In this document: one piece after another, positions 1 to 9,653 of the stretch
How the letters are laid out: each line of letters opens with the position of its first letter
How positions within the stretch are numbered: position 1 is the first letter of the stretch
Virus record (IMG/VR): IMGVR_UViG_3300032253_000030
Coordinates: 1-29,181 of that record
DNA length: 29,181 nucleotides
Strand: one strand, 5' to 3'
DNA from: a virus
Taxonomy: Duplodnaviria; Caudoviricetes
Translations under genes and position numbers: made by a program
The notes under the pieces: generated by a model
Told to the model about the DNA's origin: nothing
What the model saw: the letters and a program-made list of their open reading frames with translations, nothing else
Databases searched by the model: none

Positions 1-2
1 TG

Positions 3-353
3 GGTCTGGAAAAGATGGAATCAGAATTTACCTTAGCGGGTATGGTGGTGTCTGTGTTGCGCAAGGCGGGGGCGATTAATAGTGGCGTGCCGATTACAAT
101 TTACGGCGCATACAAACGCGATGGAGAACCGGCTAAACCCGTTAAGGCAAGTGGGCGAGTTATTATCAAGATGGCTGATAATGGCTCTTGGGAGCCTGGG
201 CAAAAGAATCAGACGACGGTGAAGGTATCGTGGCGCAGCTATATATTAATGGTTGATGGCGAAGAAATTTATAATATCGATCTCGATAAAGGGACTCGTT
301 TTATTGATGGCATTGATCAGTTGGCGGATGAATTGGCGCAGGTAGCGTTGTAG
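3..353 (+). CDS. Phage major tail tube protein (P2 FII-like), 5'-truncated by window edge
   Basis: Frame open from base 3 (GLEKMESEFTL...). C-terminus 'YNIDLDKGTRFIDGIDQLADELAQVAL' resembles FII-type tube proteins; P2-like tail genes lie downstream. Confidence 0.85.
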   Translation, partial: GLEKMESEFTLAGMVVSVLRKAGAINSGVPITIYGAYKRDGEPAKPVKASGRVIIKMADNGSWEPGQKNQTTVKVSWRSYILMVDGEEIYNIDLDKGTRFIDGIDQLADELAQVAL

Positions 354-378
354 TTCGTTTTATTATTAAGTGTTACGG

Positions 379-399
379 AGCCGCGTATGCGGCTTTTTT
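379..399 (+). terminator. Rho-independent terminator after tail tube gene
   Basis: AGCCGC-gtat-GCGGCT stem followed by TTTTT. Confidence 0.75.
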
Positions 400-428
400 A
401 TTGTCTGAAAATTTATTGGAGTGCTGTG

Positions 429-740
429 ATGAAAGTTAATGGGCCACTGTCAGGTAATTCGGATCTCTGGACTGTGCCACCGATGGATGATTTTGTATTG
501 ACGGGCAAATTGTCGGACACGGAAGAAATAACGAACATTGATGCCGAGCCGATGATAGTGACTTTGAGAATTATCGAAAACACAGCATCTGTGGAAGCGA
601 CGGTCACTGTGACAACTGCGTGGGGGAACACACGATCTCGAAAAATTCCGCCAAGAGATTCTATACAAGGATTTTTCAATCAGGTGCATTTGACTGGATT
701 AGATGGCGTTTCTGATTCTGATTTGGTGGGTTACGTTTAA
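429..740 (+). CDS. Hypothetical protein (first gene of tail-region insert)
   Basis: ATG at 429 with GGAG upstream; the longer start at 387 lies inside the terminator; stop abuts the next ATG. Confidence 0.65.
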   Translation: MKVNGPLSGNSDLWTVPPMDDFVLTGKLSDTEEITNIDAEPMIVTLRIIENTASVEATVTVTTAWGNTRSRKIPPRDSIQGFFNQVHLTGLDGVSDSDLVGYV

Positions 741-3700
741 ATGCAAGTTAAACGAATAGGCGTAGGTCTTGGATCAGATGTTGATTTATTTGCGCTTGGG
801 TTGGCGCGTGATCCCGATATCGTCATGGATTTTCCGTTTGTGCGAGATATGTTGCCACATGTGGGTCTAGCTGCAACAAATATACAAGCCAAACTCGGTA
901 CTACTTACGATTACAAAAATCGTCAGGTTGATGCTTTGTTACCGAATCAATCAATGCATAACGGCGTCAGGATCGAAGGAAATATTCTCGCTGATACTCA
1001 AAATTGGAGTATACCTCACACTAGCTCAGAAACTTTAGATGAGTGGACTTGGCACGCAGGCGCGACTATAGATAGTTCGACAACATTTAGTTTATCGTCT
1101 AATACAAATAACCATGTCGGGTCGAACGAATACAATATCCCCCCTGGGAAAAAAGTAGCTTTTTTAGTTGAACTCTCGCATACAGAAAATGTGGAGTTAA
1201 ATTTAAGAATACTAGATATTGCACCAACAACCGGTGCATCTACCAAATCTATATCCGTAACCAGTACTCCCCAGTGGTTTGTGATATACCGCAAACCTGG
1301 ATCAACGGTTACATCAGTAAGGTTTAGAATATACGAAAAAGATAACGTGGCCGTTTCTGGTATAACGTTTCATGGTTTTATGCCATTTTTTCCTTCCGAT
1401 GACGCAGAATTAGAATTTCCATTTGCTGATATTGACAAATATGTTAGTTATGGTGTTGGTGTTGGTTCCGAGCTTGTAAGCAATGGATCATTTATTAACA
1501 ACGCGAATTCGTGGACGGCTTTTGATTCTGAGTCGATATTATCTGTTGAATCCGGTCAGTTAAAAGTTGCTAACAATGATGCGTCAGCCGCGAAAGCTTA
1601 TCAATTAGTATCGACAAAAGTAAATCACAATTATGTTGTTTCAGGCGATTTTGAAAAAGATATCGCCGGCGGGAAATTACGGATAGGGACAACGCCAGGC
1701 GCTGGTGATATATATGACAGCGGTAATATCGCTAGCACCACGTCTAAAAGCGGTCTTTTTGTTGCGACTGGAACTGAGGCATATATTACCGTTGAAACGA
1801 ATTCTGCCACTGCAAATCATTACACGCTATGGGGCAATTTATCGATTAAGTCAGCAGAACATGGGAGCAATGTTCTTGGTGTAAAAAATTTCACAACTAA
1901 ACCTCGGTTTGATGGAGTAGAAATCTGGGGCGATAGTATGGTTGCGCAAGGCAATAATGCGCTGGGGAATTATTTCGAATCAGTTTTTGGCCCCGCTTTC
2001 AAATATGGCGGTGGCGGTGAGAAATCTTACGAAGTAAAAACAAGGTTTGACGAAGGAACAGAGCATTTCAATCGACTAGTTTTGCTGTGGCTCGGTAGAA
2101 ATAATTACGAAAATCCACCGCAGGTTATTGCTGATATCGAAGCAATGATTGCCGCTATCGGTCACAATCACTTTATTATTTTTACGATTTTAAACGGTGA
2201 CTATAATCCGTGGGATCACGTCGGTGGTGGCGGTTATAACAACGCTAAGATAATCAATGACTATCTCCTTACTAACTATCCCAATAACTGCTATGACGCT
2301 CGATCAACTGTTGTAAACGCATATAATCCGTCACTAACGCAAGATGTTATCGATTTTAATAATGATGTACCGCCGAAATCACTGCGGGCTGATGATGATC
2401 CGTTACATCTCAACGAAATAGGGGCGTTAGTCGTAGCTAAGGGCGCGTGGAATTTTGCGCTTGAAAAAAGCTTGGCTCGCAACATAACAAATATAGATTC
2501 AAGTACCGCGTATTTCGATGAGCCAAGTCGATATCGCCACAATTTAAACAATGCAATTGGTGATAGTGTTTCCATTTTAGATATTTCAACTATCCAGCAC
2601 TCAGAGTCGTTTGACACCTGGACAGCGCAGGAAATCACTGGTGGGGTAGTCACTCTGTCAGGGACGAATAATGCGATAGCAACGTGTTATGCGCCAATCG
2701 GCGGACGTGCTTTTGTTGAGATTAAAGGTGATTTTATTGCCGGTGAAGTCTACGTTTTCTCAATTGAAATACTATCGTGCGATATTGGTACTGCTTCGAA
2801 TCAGGCGCGCATGCATGTAGCAGCAACATCAATTTCGGCCGGTGATATCGACTATAACGTAACAAGTACAGACGCGGGGCGATTTGGTGTTAGATTCACT
2901 GCTGGCACAACAGAGGAAAATCGTAATATTCGCATTGGTTTGGGAACGACAGGTGTAACATCATCAGAAATTACGATGAGCTTTACAAAGCCCATGTTGC
3001 AACGTGTTACTAATTTGTCAGTACCGTTTAGTGATTGGATTAGAATTCCTGACGCGGTGAGTTCACAAGGTGGAAAACAATTCTCGGCTGGGAACTCTGG
3101 CGAAATTGCCACTACATCTGCATTAGAAGTTTTCACAGATCAACCGCAAAATAAATATGACTTCTGTTTGGGTACAGGGGACTCGTTTGCGAATGGGGCG
3201 TCAGATTGGCCTCAACTAATGCGTACAACACCTGCATATACAGGTACTTTCCACGGTATCGGCCGAGCGGGACAGAAGTTAACAGGTGATATCGGTGCTA
3301 ATTTTGCTACCGATTTAGCCGCACATGATTATGGCACAGTGTTCGTAAACGGGGGAATAAATGATCTTTATTCATCAACAACGCCAGCAGAATTATTGTC
3401 TGCAGCGCAATCGATGTATGCAATTGCAAAAGCTGCAGGCGTAAAATTCTTTATCTTTGATTTGCCTCCGTCGGGTAATCGAACCAGTCCCGCATGGACA
3501 TCAGAGATACAAGCAAAGGTTGATGAATACCATGTGCTTCTGCGTGGATGGGTGCATACAGTAGATGCAATTCTCATTGGTATTTATGATCTGCTTAGAG
3601 ACCCTGGAACCGTTAATTTATTGGCTGAATTTGATTCTGGGGATGGATTACACACGACAAACGCCGCACAACAATTGATTACTGACTTATGTATTTCCAG

Positions 3701-4661
3701 TTTACCGAAAAGAATCATGAAGGGTGTCCAGGCCACACCAAGTGTCACAAACAAAAACACTAATTACAACTGCAAGCCTGACGTTGCACTAATAAATTTA
3801 AATCAGGGTACATTTGACCCAGCGACAACCTGGGGTCGCGTATATGACCCAGATTTTTTAATTGATGCGCCACATTTGATAAACAAATGTGACGGCTATG
3901 TGATAGAAATTGACGCAACGTTAGCGACAGGTAACTCATTTATTAATATTGGGGGAACGGTCGGAAATACGAATCCTCACTCTTGCTTTATGTATGTAAA
4001 AGTTTTTGCGGGATCGCCAATTATGAGGGTTGGGAGTACAGAAGCTAAAACTTTATCTGGAGTCACATACACATATAATGCGGCAGAGAGTGTTATACCG
4101 TCGTCTGATAGTGTTTTTTTAAATATAAAGGTTTTACCCGGTTCGAAACTGCGATTTGCGGCTAATCAAATTGTAGAGCTACCGTTTCAAGTGCCATTAA
4201 TAGAAACATTAGGAGCAGCTGAAACTCGCGATAATCGTATATTGATTGAAGAGTGGTTGGGTGGTGATTCAAATTTTGAAATTACGCAAAAATATTATCA
4301 CCAAGGTCAGGATAATAATTTAGCTCGTCATTTATTTGGTATCGGTGATGATAGTAATAATCAGATGAGGTCGTATATCGGCGCGATTGATCAAAAAGCC
4401 CGATTTGATATTCGAAATAGTGGTACTGGTCACACAATACAAACTGATGCAGCGATTACAGTGTTAAACGATTATGTTTTTCGTTATCGATTTATCAATG
4501 GTGTTATGACGATGTACGTTAATGATGTGTTGCAATCAGATACATTATCCGGTGTACCCAATTTATCATTCATATCAACATTGTTAAAAATAATGAGCGG
4601 CTATGACAACGGTTCGGCTGTGCTGGGTTGTACAGAGTTATTTACGGTTAGGAAGTTATGA
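741..4661 (+). CDS. Large virion/tail-associated protein with two SGNH/GDSL hydrolase domains, CBM-like beta-sandwich segments and a ConA/LamG-like C-terminus
   Basis: SGNH1: WGDS...GGGG...LGRNN...DPLH (nt ~1920-2440). SGNH2: TGDS...GRAG...GGIND...DGLH (nt ~3165-3690). 'ELVSNGSF...SWT' is a CBM4-like start. Confidence 0.75.
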   Translation: MQVKRIGVGLGSDVDLFALGLARDPDIVMDFPFVRDMLPHVGLAATNIQAKLGTTYDYKNRQVDALLPNQSMHNGVRIEGNILADTQNWSIPHTSSETLDEWTWHAGATIDSSTTFSLSSNTNNHVGSNEYNIPPGKKVAFLVELSHTENVELNLRILDIAPTTGASTKSISVTSTPQWFVIYRKPGSTVTSVRFRIYEKDNVAVSGITFHGFMPFFPSDDAELEFPFADIDKYVSYGVGVGSELVSNGSFINNANSWTAFDSESILSVESGQLKVANNDASAAKAYQLVSTKVNHNYVVSGDFEKDIAGGKLRIGTTPGAGDIYDSGNIASTTSKSGLFVATGTEAYITVETNSATANHYTLWGNLSIKSAEHGSNVLGVKNFTTKPRFDGVEIWGDSMVAQGNNALGNYFESVFGPAFKYGGGGEKSYEVKTRFDEGTEHFNRLVLLWLGRNNYENPPQVIADIEAMIAAIGHNHFIIFTILNGDYNPWDHVGGGGYNNAKIINDYLLTNYPNNCYDARSTVVNAYNPSLTQDVIDFNNDVPPKSLRADDDPLHLNEIGALVVAKGAWNFALEKSLARNITNIDSSTAYFDEPSRYRHNLNNAIGDSVSILDISTIQHSESFDTWTAQEITGGVVTLSGTNNAIATCYAPIGGRAFVEIKGDFIAGEVYVFSIEILSCDIGTASNQARMHVAATSISAGDIDYNVTSTDAGRFGVRFTAGTTEENRNIRIGLGTTGVTSSEITMSFTKPMLQRVTNLSVPFSDWIRIPDAVSSQGGKQFSAGNSGEIATTSALEVFTDQPQNKYDFCLGTGDSFANGASDWPQLMRTTPAYTGTFHGIGRAGQKLTGDIGANFATDLAAHDYGTVFVNGGINDLYSSTTPAELLSAAQSMYAIAKAAGVKFFIFDLPPSGNRTSPAWTSEIQAKVDEYHVLLRGWVHTVDAILIGIYDLLRDPGTVNLLAEFDSGDGLHTTNAAQQLITDLCISSLPKRIMKGVQATPSVTNKNTNYNCKPDVALINLNQGTFDPATTWGRVYDPDFLIDAPHLINKCDGYVIEIDATLATGNSFINIGGTVGNTNPHSCFMYVKVFAGSPIMRVGSTEAKTLSGVTYTYNAAESVIPSSDSVFLNIKVLPGSKLRFAANQIVELPFQVPLIETLGAAETRDNRILIEEWLGGDSNFEITQKYYHQGQDNNLARHLFGIGDDSNNQMRSYIGAIDQKARFDIRNSGTGHTIQTDAAITVLNDYVFRYRFINGVMTMYVNDVLQSDTLSGVPNLSFISTLLKIMSGYDNGSAVLGCTELFTVRKL

Positions 4662-4691
4662 TGACTAAATTAAGATATAACGGAGCATTTA

Positions 4692-7634
4692 ATGTCGCCA
4701 AATTTTAAAAAAATATTTTCTCATATTGGTTTAATGCTACTGTCGTTATCAAACACGATTGCATATAGTGCAAGTTATTATATTGACGCGGTAAACGGAA
4801 ATGATAGTTATGACGGATTGGCTGGCGAATATGTTACTGGCACGAACGGGCCGTGGAAATCAATCGGCAAAGTAAACTCATCGATTAATAGTGTGAGCGA
4901 TAAAGCGTATTTTATATGCGATGGAACATGGACTGGGACTCAACTAGTTGTTGACTGGGGTGGCGCGACAGGCGCAGGAAATGCAGCGTTAGTTGATTCC
5001 TACTACATGTCGGGTGGATCTGCCGTGGTCGGTACTGATTGCGGTTCGTTAAGTAAGCCGGTTTTACAAGGCGCATATAATTGGCCATCTTCACCGCTAG
5101 TTGGATCTGTAGACACCGGCGCTGAGCCAGACAGTTACTATAAAGGGCTGTTGCAGGTAACAAAAAGTTTTACAGATATACGTAATATTCGAGTTGAATA
5201 TTCAAGCGGTGATAGTTTTAGATCGACAGGCGGTAATGGCACAGAAATTAGCTACGTCAATTTTTTTCAAGTTGAATCGTTTCGACCTGCGGCCAAGGGG
5301 ATCGTGCTAAATTATTCAGACTACAGTACGATAAAACACTCTCTGAGTACTCAATGCGGTCATGCAGCAGAAAATGGTATAGGCGCTGGCCCAAATCATC
5401 CCACGTGCAACACTGCTGTTGATTCCGATTTTTTCGTCTTTGAAAATAATACGTTTTACGATATGTGGGGTGAGGGCATCTCAGCATTTAAATCGTACAA
5501 CGGTATCATCACGCGTAATTTGGTAGCAGGCGGGAAATACGTACATATACATATTGATAAGACATCCACTGCCGTGGTTGAGAATAATGTCATTGTTGGC
5601 CCCGAAAATCCGGATTATTTAAAATGGCGTTCTAATACTACAGCGTGGGGCGGTGATGGCATCACTGTTATCATTGAAGACACGAGTCCGATTCGTAATG
5701 CCACAGACATATTAATTCGCAATAATTTTATTGCAAATACATATCATGGGTTCCGTGCAGACGTGCAAACAAACGCTCGTGGATTGGGTTACCTAATGTC
5801 ATTTAAATATGTTTTTAACACATGTGCCGGTTGCTTCCAGCCAGTAGGAATGAAAAATTTAAACGCAGCTGAAGTGCAAACATCATTAATACAAAATAAT
5901 TTATTTATCGACACAAAAAGTCAAGTGCTTTGCGAAATTATAACCGATAACGATATCACGTTAAATTATAATCACTGGGATAGTAACGGTGTGGTTAATG
6001 ATGCCAGTCCAACAGCTACGGTGTTTGATACTGACCTGACGCAATCCAATAATTATTGGAACAATGCGATTGTAAAGTTTACGACGGGAGCATTGGCCGG
6101 TCAATCACAAACCGTGTCAGGGTACAACAGCACTAATGGGCGATTAACCACGACTGCGTTTAGTGCGGCTCCAGTTACGGGTGACAAATTTTTAGTGATC
6201 GATGCGGATTGTTTGGGAACAAATGATATTATAGGATCTGCGTCGTTAAATTATTCAGGTGACTGGGGTTTGGTTACGGTTGGTAACATACCTGAGGACA
6301 GTGATAAAACGCCATCCCCTGGTAGTTCGTCATTATTAGCCGCAACGCCATTGACCACGGAAACATTGAGTAATGCTACATTACCCGAAGAGCTAACAGA
6401 TAGCGGCTCTATTGATTTAACAACTGCATCAATCGATTATCTCGGTGTAACACGACATGTATTAACACCTGGGATTGGTGCGATATCAGATTCATCCACA
6501 CCCGCCACGCAGATTTCGACCTTTCCGTTTCGAAATGAATTTGGTGCAGGTGCAGATGTTGTAGTCGATGTAACATTTACTGCGGAAAATACTAGTTATT
6601 GTACTCAGCTCGGATATATCGGAGTTACAGCAAATGACATATTAAATACGACAACACAAGATGCGTTGTATCGTACGTGGCGTGGCTATAACGGAACATT
6701 TAGTTGCAATTATCCTGTGCCTGACGGCAATTATGATGTACGTGTTAAAGTTGCTCCTGAGAATTACCACGGTGTTATAAAAGGTGCCTGCACTTCTGCG
6801 GGTTCATTTGATGAATTTGGCAACCCAGCGCGTACAAATGATATTCGCGCTGAGGGCGTTCTACTAATAGATGAATTTGATAATTGCAAAGCCAGTGGTG
6901 CGCCGTGGTCAGCATATACAATGTTGCTCTCAAACATCCCAGTGAATGATGGCAATTTAACGCTAGGGTTTGAAAAAGGCGATGGTTCAGATTCTAAGTT
7001 TCAAATTTCCGGTATAGAAATAGATATCGCATCGAGTACACCGATATTAAATGTTGGTAACGCAACAGTATCACATACTGCATCAAACACATTTCCAAAT
7101 GACATTAATATTGATGCAATACAATTTCATCAAGTAACTAGCACGGGCACTGAACCAGTCATCATAACTGGCATAACTGATAGCACAACATGTGGTGTAG
7201 CTTCAACCAATGAAGATTCTGGATCTATATCATACGCTGCTACAGACATCAATCAAACGGGCGATTGTGGAACGATATCGATTACATTTTCAGATGGCGA
7301 AAATACTGATTCTAATAGTGTATTAACATTATCGTTAAGCCCAATATCAACTGGTACTATTAGTTTCACGGCCCAAGCATCAAACGGCACGGGTCGCGTA
7401 AAAATGACAAATCAAACCGGGCTTAAGTATTGGTTGATTAATTTGTCTAGAGAAATAAAACCAATCTACGATACGGGAGAATCAACGGACGTAAATGGAG
7501 TATTTGAACATACTAGTTCTTTGGTAATTCCAGGTGACAAATATAGGGTGTTTATTATGATTCCTGGTTGGTCAACATTTGGTGCAGATGTTACAGAAAA
7601 TAGATTCTATACTCGAGAATATGTAGCACAATAA
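4692..7634 (+). CDS. Right-handed parallel beta-helix (pectate-lyase-like) protein with malectin-like domain and N-terminal signal-like peptide
   Basis: YYIDAVNGNDSYDG...PWKSI N-terminal motif; Asn-ladder repeats (FENNTF, ITRNLV, VENNVI, IRNNFI, IQNNLF); malectin-like 'LYRTWR...YPVPDGNYDVRVK...ISGIEI' (nt ~6520-7030); hydrophobic leader ending AYS-A. Confidence 0.75.
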   Translation: MSPNFKKIFSHIGLMLLSLSNTIAYSASYYIDAVNGNDSYDGLAGEYVTGTNGPWKSIGKVNSSINSVSDKAYFICDGTWTGTQLVVDWGGATGAGNAALVDSYYMSGGSAVVGTDCGSLSKPVLQGAYNWPSSPLVGSVDTGAEPDSYYKGLLQVTKSFTDIRNIRVEYSSGDSFRSTGGNGTEISYVNFFQVESFRPAAKGIVLNYSDYSTIKHSLSTQCGHAAENGIGAGPNHPTCNTAVDSDFFVFENNTFYDMWGEGISAFKSYNGIITRNLVAGGKYVHIHIDKTSTAVVENNVIVGPENPDYLKWRSNTTAWGGDGITVIIEDTSPIRNATDILIRNNFIANTYHGFRADVQTNARGLGYLMSFKYVFNTCAGCFQPVGMKNLNAAEVQTSLIQNNLFIDTKSQVLCEIITDNDITLNYNHWDSNGVVNDASPTATVFDTDLTQSNNYWNNAIVKFTTGALAGQSQTVSGYNSTNGRLTTTAFSAAPVTGDKFLVIDADCLGTNDIIGSASLNYSGDWGLVTVGNIPEDSDKTPSPGSSSLLAATPLTTETLSNATLPEELTDSGSIDLTTASIDYLGVTRHVLTPGIGAISDSSTPATQISTFPFRNEFGAGADVVVDVTFTAENTSYCTQLGYIGVTANDILNTTTQDALYRTWRGYNGTFSCNYPVPDGNYDVRVKVAPENYHGVIKGACTSAGSFDEFGNPARTNDIRAEGVLLIDEFDNCKASGAPWSAYTMLLSNIPVNDGNLTLGFEKGDGSDSKFQISGIEIDIASSTPILNVGNATVSHTASNTFPNDINIDAIQFHQVTSTGTEPVIITGITDSTTCGVASTNEDSGSISYAATDINQTGDCGTISITFSDGENTDSNSVLTLSLSPISTGTISFTAQASNGTGRVKMTNQTGLKYWLINLSREIKPIYDTGESTDVNGVFEHTSSLVIPGDKYRVFIMIPGWSTFGADVTENRFYTREYVAQ

Positions 7635-7635
7635 C

Positions 7636-8358
7636 ATGGCATATCAATTCGGAGCGAATTCAAAACTCACAACTACGTTAAATGTTACTAATACACTCAG
7701 ATCCTATTTATTCTTTTTTTATCAAATAGGTAACGGTGGTGGAAGTGTAGGTCGTGTTTTTGATAAACGAGAAGGCACAGACCCAGCCCGAGAACGTTTA
7801 TATGCATCAGGTACAACACTAAAATTTCGTAGGGAATACACAACAACAAGTGGTGAATGGGCAGTTGATCAGCCGGTTTTAAATGGTTGGCATTCAGGCG
7901 TGGTTACGTATGACGACTCGAGTGTTGGTAATGATCCAATAGTTTATATCGATGGCGTATCTGTTGCTGTCACAGAAACAATAACCCCGGTAGGAACATT
8001 ACGTCCTGACAATGCATCTAATTATGTATGGGGTAATGACGGCACTACGAATGATTATTATTGGGATGGGCATCTAGCAAAGTGTACAATAATAGATGGT
8101 ATTGTCTCAGCAGATGACGCTCTATTGTATCACGAGGGATTGTTGCCAACGGAACTAGGTGGAACGGTTGTTAGTTATTGTGAAATGTTTAATGATCCTA
8201 GTGATTTAATTATAGCTGATGCTGTTGCTACAAATTTAACGGTTGTTGATCATCCTGCTACTGATGGCGGTGGTGTAGGTATGGGTGCCTTTAGGTCGAG
8301 GTTGTTGGTTAACGGTGGGCTGGTTAATAGTGGTGTTAATTCGGGACTTTTATCATGA
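7636..8358 (+). CDS. Concanavalin A/LamG-like domain protein
   Basis: 'NGWHSGVVTYD...VYIDG...YWDGHLAKCTI' matches the LamG pattern. Confidence 0.7.
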   Translation: MAYQFGANSKLTTTLNVTNTLRSYLFFFYQIGNGGGSVGRVFDKREGTDPARERLYASGTTLKFRREYTTTSGEWAVDQPVLNGWHSGVVTYDDSSVGNDPIVYIDGVSVAVTETITPVGTLRPDNASNYVWGNDGTTNDYYWDGHLAKCTIIDGIVSADDALLYHEGLLPTELGGTVVSYCEMFNDPSDLIIADAVATNLTVVDHPATDGGGVGMGAFRSRLLVNGGLVNSGVNSGLLS

Positions 8359-8891
8359 ATTATTTGGGTGATTTTTCAGAAAACGCTGTTTTGCGTTTTA
8401 AGTTCAATACGAGTGATTCGTCGGGTGCCAGTTCTACGATGGCAACTAATGGCACGATCACAGTATATAAAGATGGCGATACAGTTGGTAAAGCAGTGGG
8501 GGTTACTTTTTCTAAAGATTGGAATGGCGTGACTGGTGTCCATATGGTGACTGTTGATTTGTCAGCTGATAGCTATTATGTCGCGGGAGCAGATTATAGT
8601 GTTGTGTTGAGTGGTGCTATTGTTGATGGTGTGGCAATTAATTCTGTGTTAAAGGAGTTTAGTGTTGAGAATCGGTTTGAGGTGATGTCTCAAGTGATGG
8701 CCGAGTCCTATGCTGCTGATGGTGCAGCAATGACGTTGGCTCAAGCGCAATATGAAATGATTGCATTGCTGGGTGAGTGGACTAAGTTTGGTGCGACAAT
8801 GACGTATAAAAGGCGTGATGGGGTGACTCCGGCTTTCACTGGGACACTGGATAATCCAAATACACCGACAAGTCATACTAGATCGTCATGA
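8355..8891 (+). CDS. Hypothetical phage structural protein
   Basis: 178-aa ORF translationally coupled (ATGA overlaps) on both sides. Confidence 0.65.
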   Translation: MNYLGDFSENAVLRFKFNTSDSSGASSTMATNGTITVYKDGDTVGKAVGVTFSKDWNGVTGVHMVTVDLSADSYYVAGADYSVVLSGAIVDGVAINSVLKEFSVENRFEVMSQVMAESYAADGAAMTLAQAQYEMIALLGEWTKFGATMTYKRRDGVTPAFTGTLDNPNTPTSHTRSS

Positions 8892-9211
8892 TTCGCTATG
8901 CGGTTATATCTGGATCAGGGTTTGGTGCTGGTTGGTTTTATCAATGGGCAGCTAAGGGCATGTTGGATGTCAAGGCTGTTATGTCTCGTGATGTTGTCGA
9001 TGCGAACACGGTGTTGAGTGTTGATGGCGACACGGTTGATTATATTTGTTTTGTGCATTATGGCGAAACAAAGGGTGTAGTTGAAAAGGTGCTTACGGCA
9101 AACCCTGGGCTTGCTGAGTATGGTGCTGTGTTGCCTGCGGGTGTGTTGGTAGTGTTGCCAGAGGTGGCGGTATCTTCTGTTGAGTCGTCGGCTGTGCGGT
9201 TGTGGAGTTAG
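8888..9211 (+). CDS. Phage tail protein X (P2 GpX-like) with N-terminal extension
   Basis: 'DGDTVDYICFVHYG...VEKVLTANPGLAEYGAVLPAGVLVVLPE...LW' is the GpX signature. Confidence 0.85.
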   Translation: MIRYAVISGSGFGAGWFYQWAAKGMLDVKAVMSRDVVDANTVLSVDGDTVDYICFVHYGETKGVVEKVLTANPGLAEYGAVLPAGVLVVLPEVAVSSVESSAVRLWS

Positions 9212-9246
9212 TGGTGTTGTTGGATTTAGAATAGTGGAGTATTTTG

Positions 9247-9537
9247 GTGAAAAATAAATTAATTACATTGTATTTTCCGGTGACGGTGAATGGTGAGGAG
9301 CATAAGTCGTTTTCTATGCGACCATCATTGGTAAAAGACCGGTTAATGGCGGCGGAACATACGGATAGTGCAGCGGGTGAAGAGATGTTGTTGATTGCAA
9401 ATTTGTGCGATACAACCCGTGAGGTGATTGAGTCTTTACGTGAAGCGGATTATATTCAGTTTCAAAAGGCGTATTCAGATTTTTTGGACCCACCGGCAGG
9501 GTCAGTGTCGGGAAAATCAAATCAGCATGTCGGCTAG
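9247..9537 (+). CDS. Tail assembly chaperone (P2 GpE / Mu gp41-like)
   Basis: 'ITLYFPVTVNG...MRPSLVKD...LIANLC...L..ADY' pattern; sits directly before the tape measure; GGAG RBS before GTG/TTG start. Confidence 0.85.
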   Translation: MKNKLITLYFPVTVNGEEHKSFSMRPSLVKDRLMAAEHTDSAAGEEMLLIANLCDTTREVIESLREADYIQFQKAYSDFLDPPAGSVSGKSNQHVG

Positions 9538-9653
9538 TTGCACAAATTTATCATCAACAAAAATCTGAGTTGGATGAATTTAAAGTTGATGAATTATTCG
9601 AGTGGTATCAATCGGCACGGAATCAGTGGGAATTAATGTATGGCAAATCGTAG
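9480..9653 (+). CDS. GpE'-like extension reached by -1 frameshift at T TTT TTG
   Basis: Slippery TTTTTTG at 9480-9486. The -1 frame is open to TAG at 9651-9653 and reads ...LVAQIYHQQKSELDEFKVDELFEWYQSARNQWELMYGKS, resembling P2 E'. Confidence 0.75.
   Translation, partial: FFGPTGRVSVGKIKSACRLVAQIYHQQKSELDEFKVDELFEWYQSARNQWELMYGKS

Noticed and set aside
741-8891. Diversity-generating retroelement targeting tail proteins
   Set aside because: No reverse transcriptase and no TR/VR repeat pair seen in the window.
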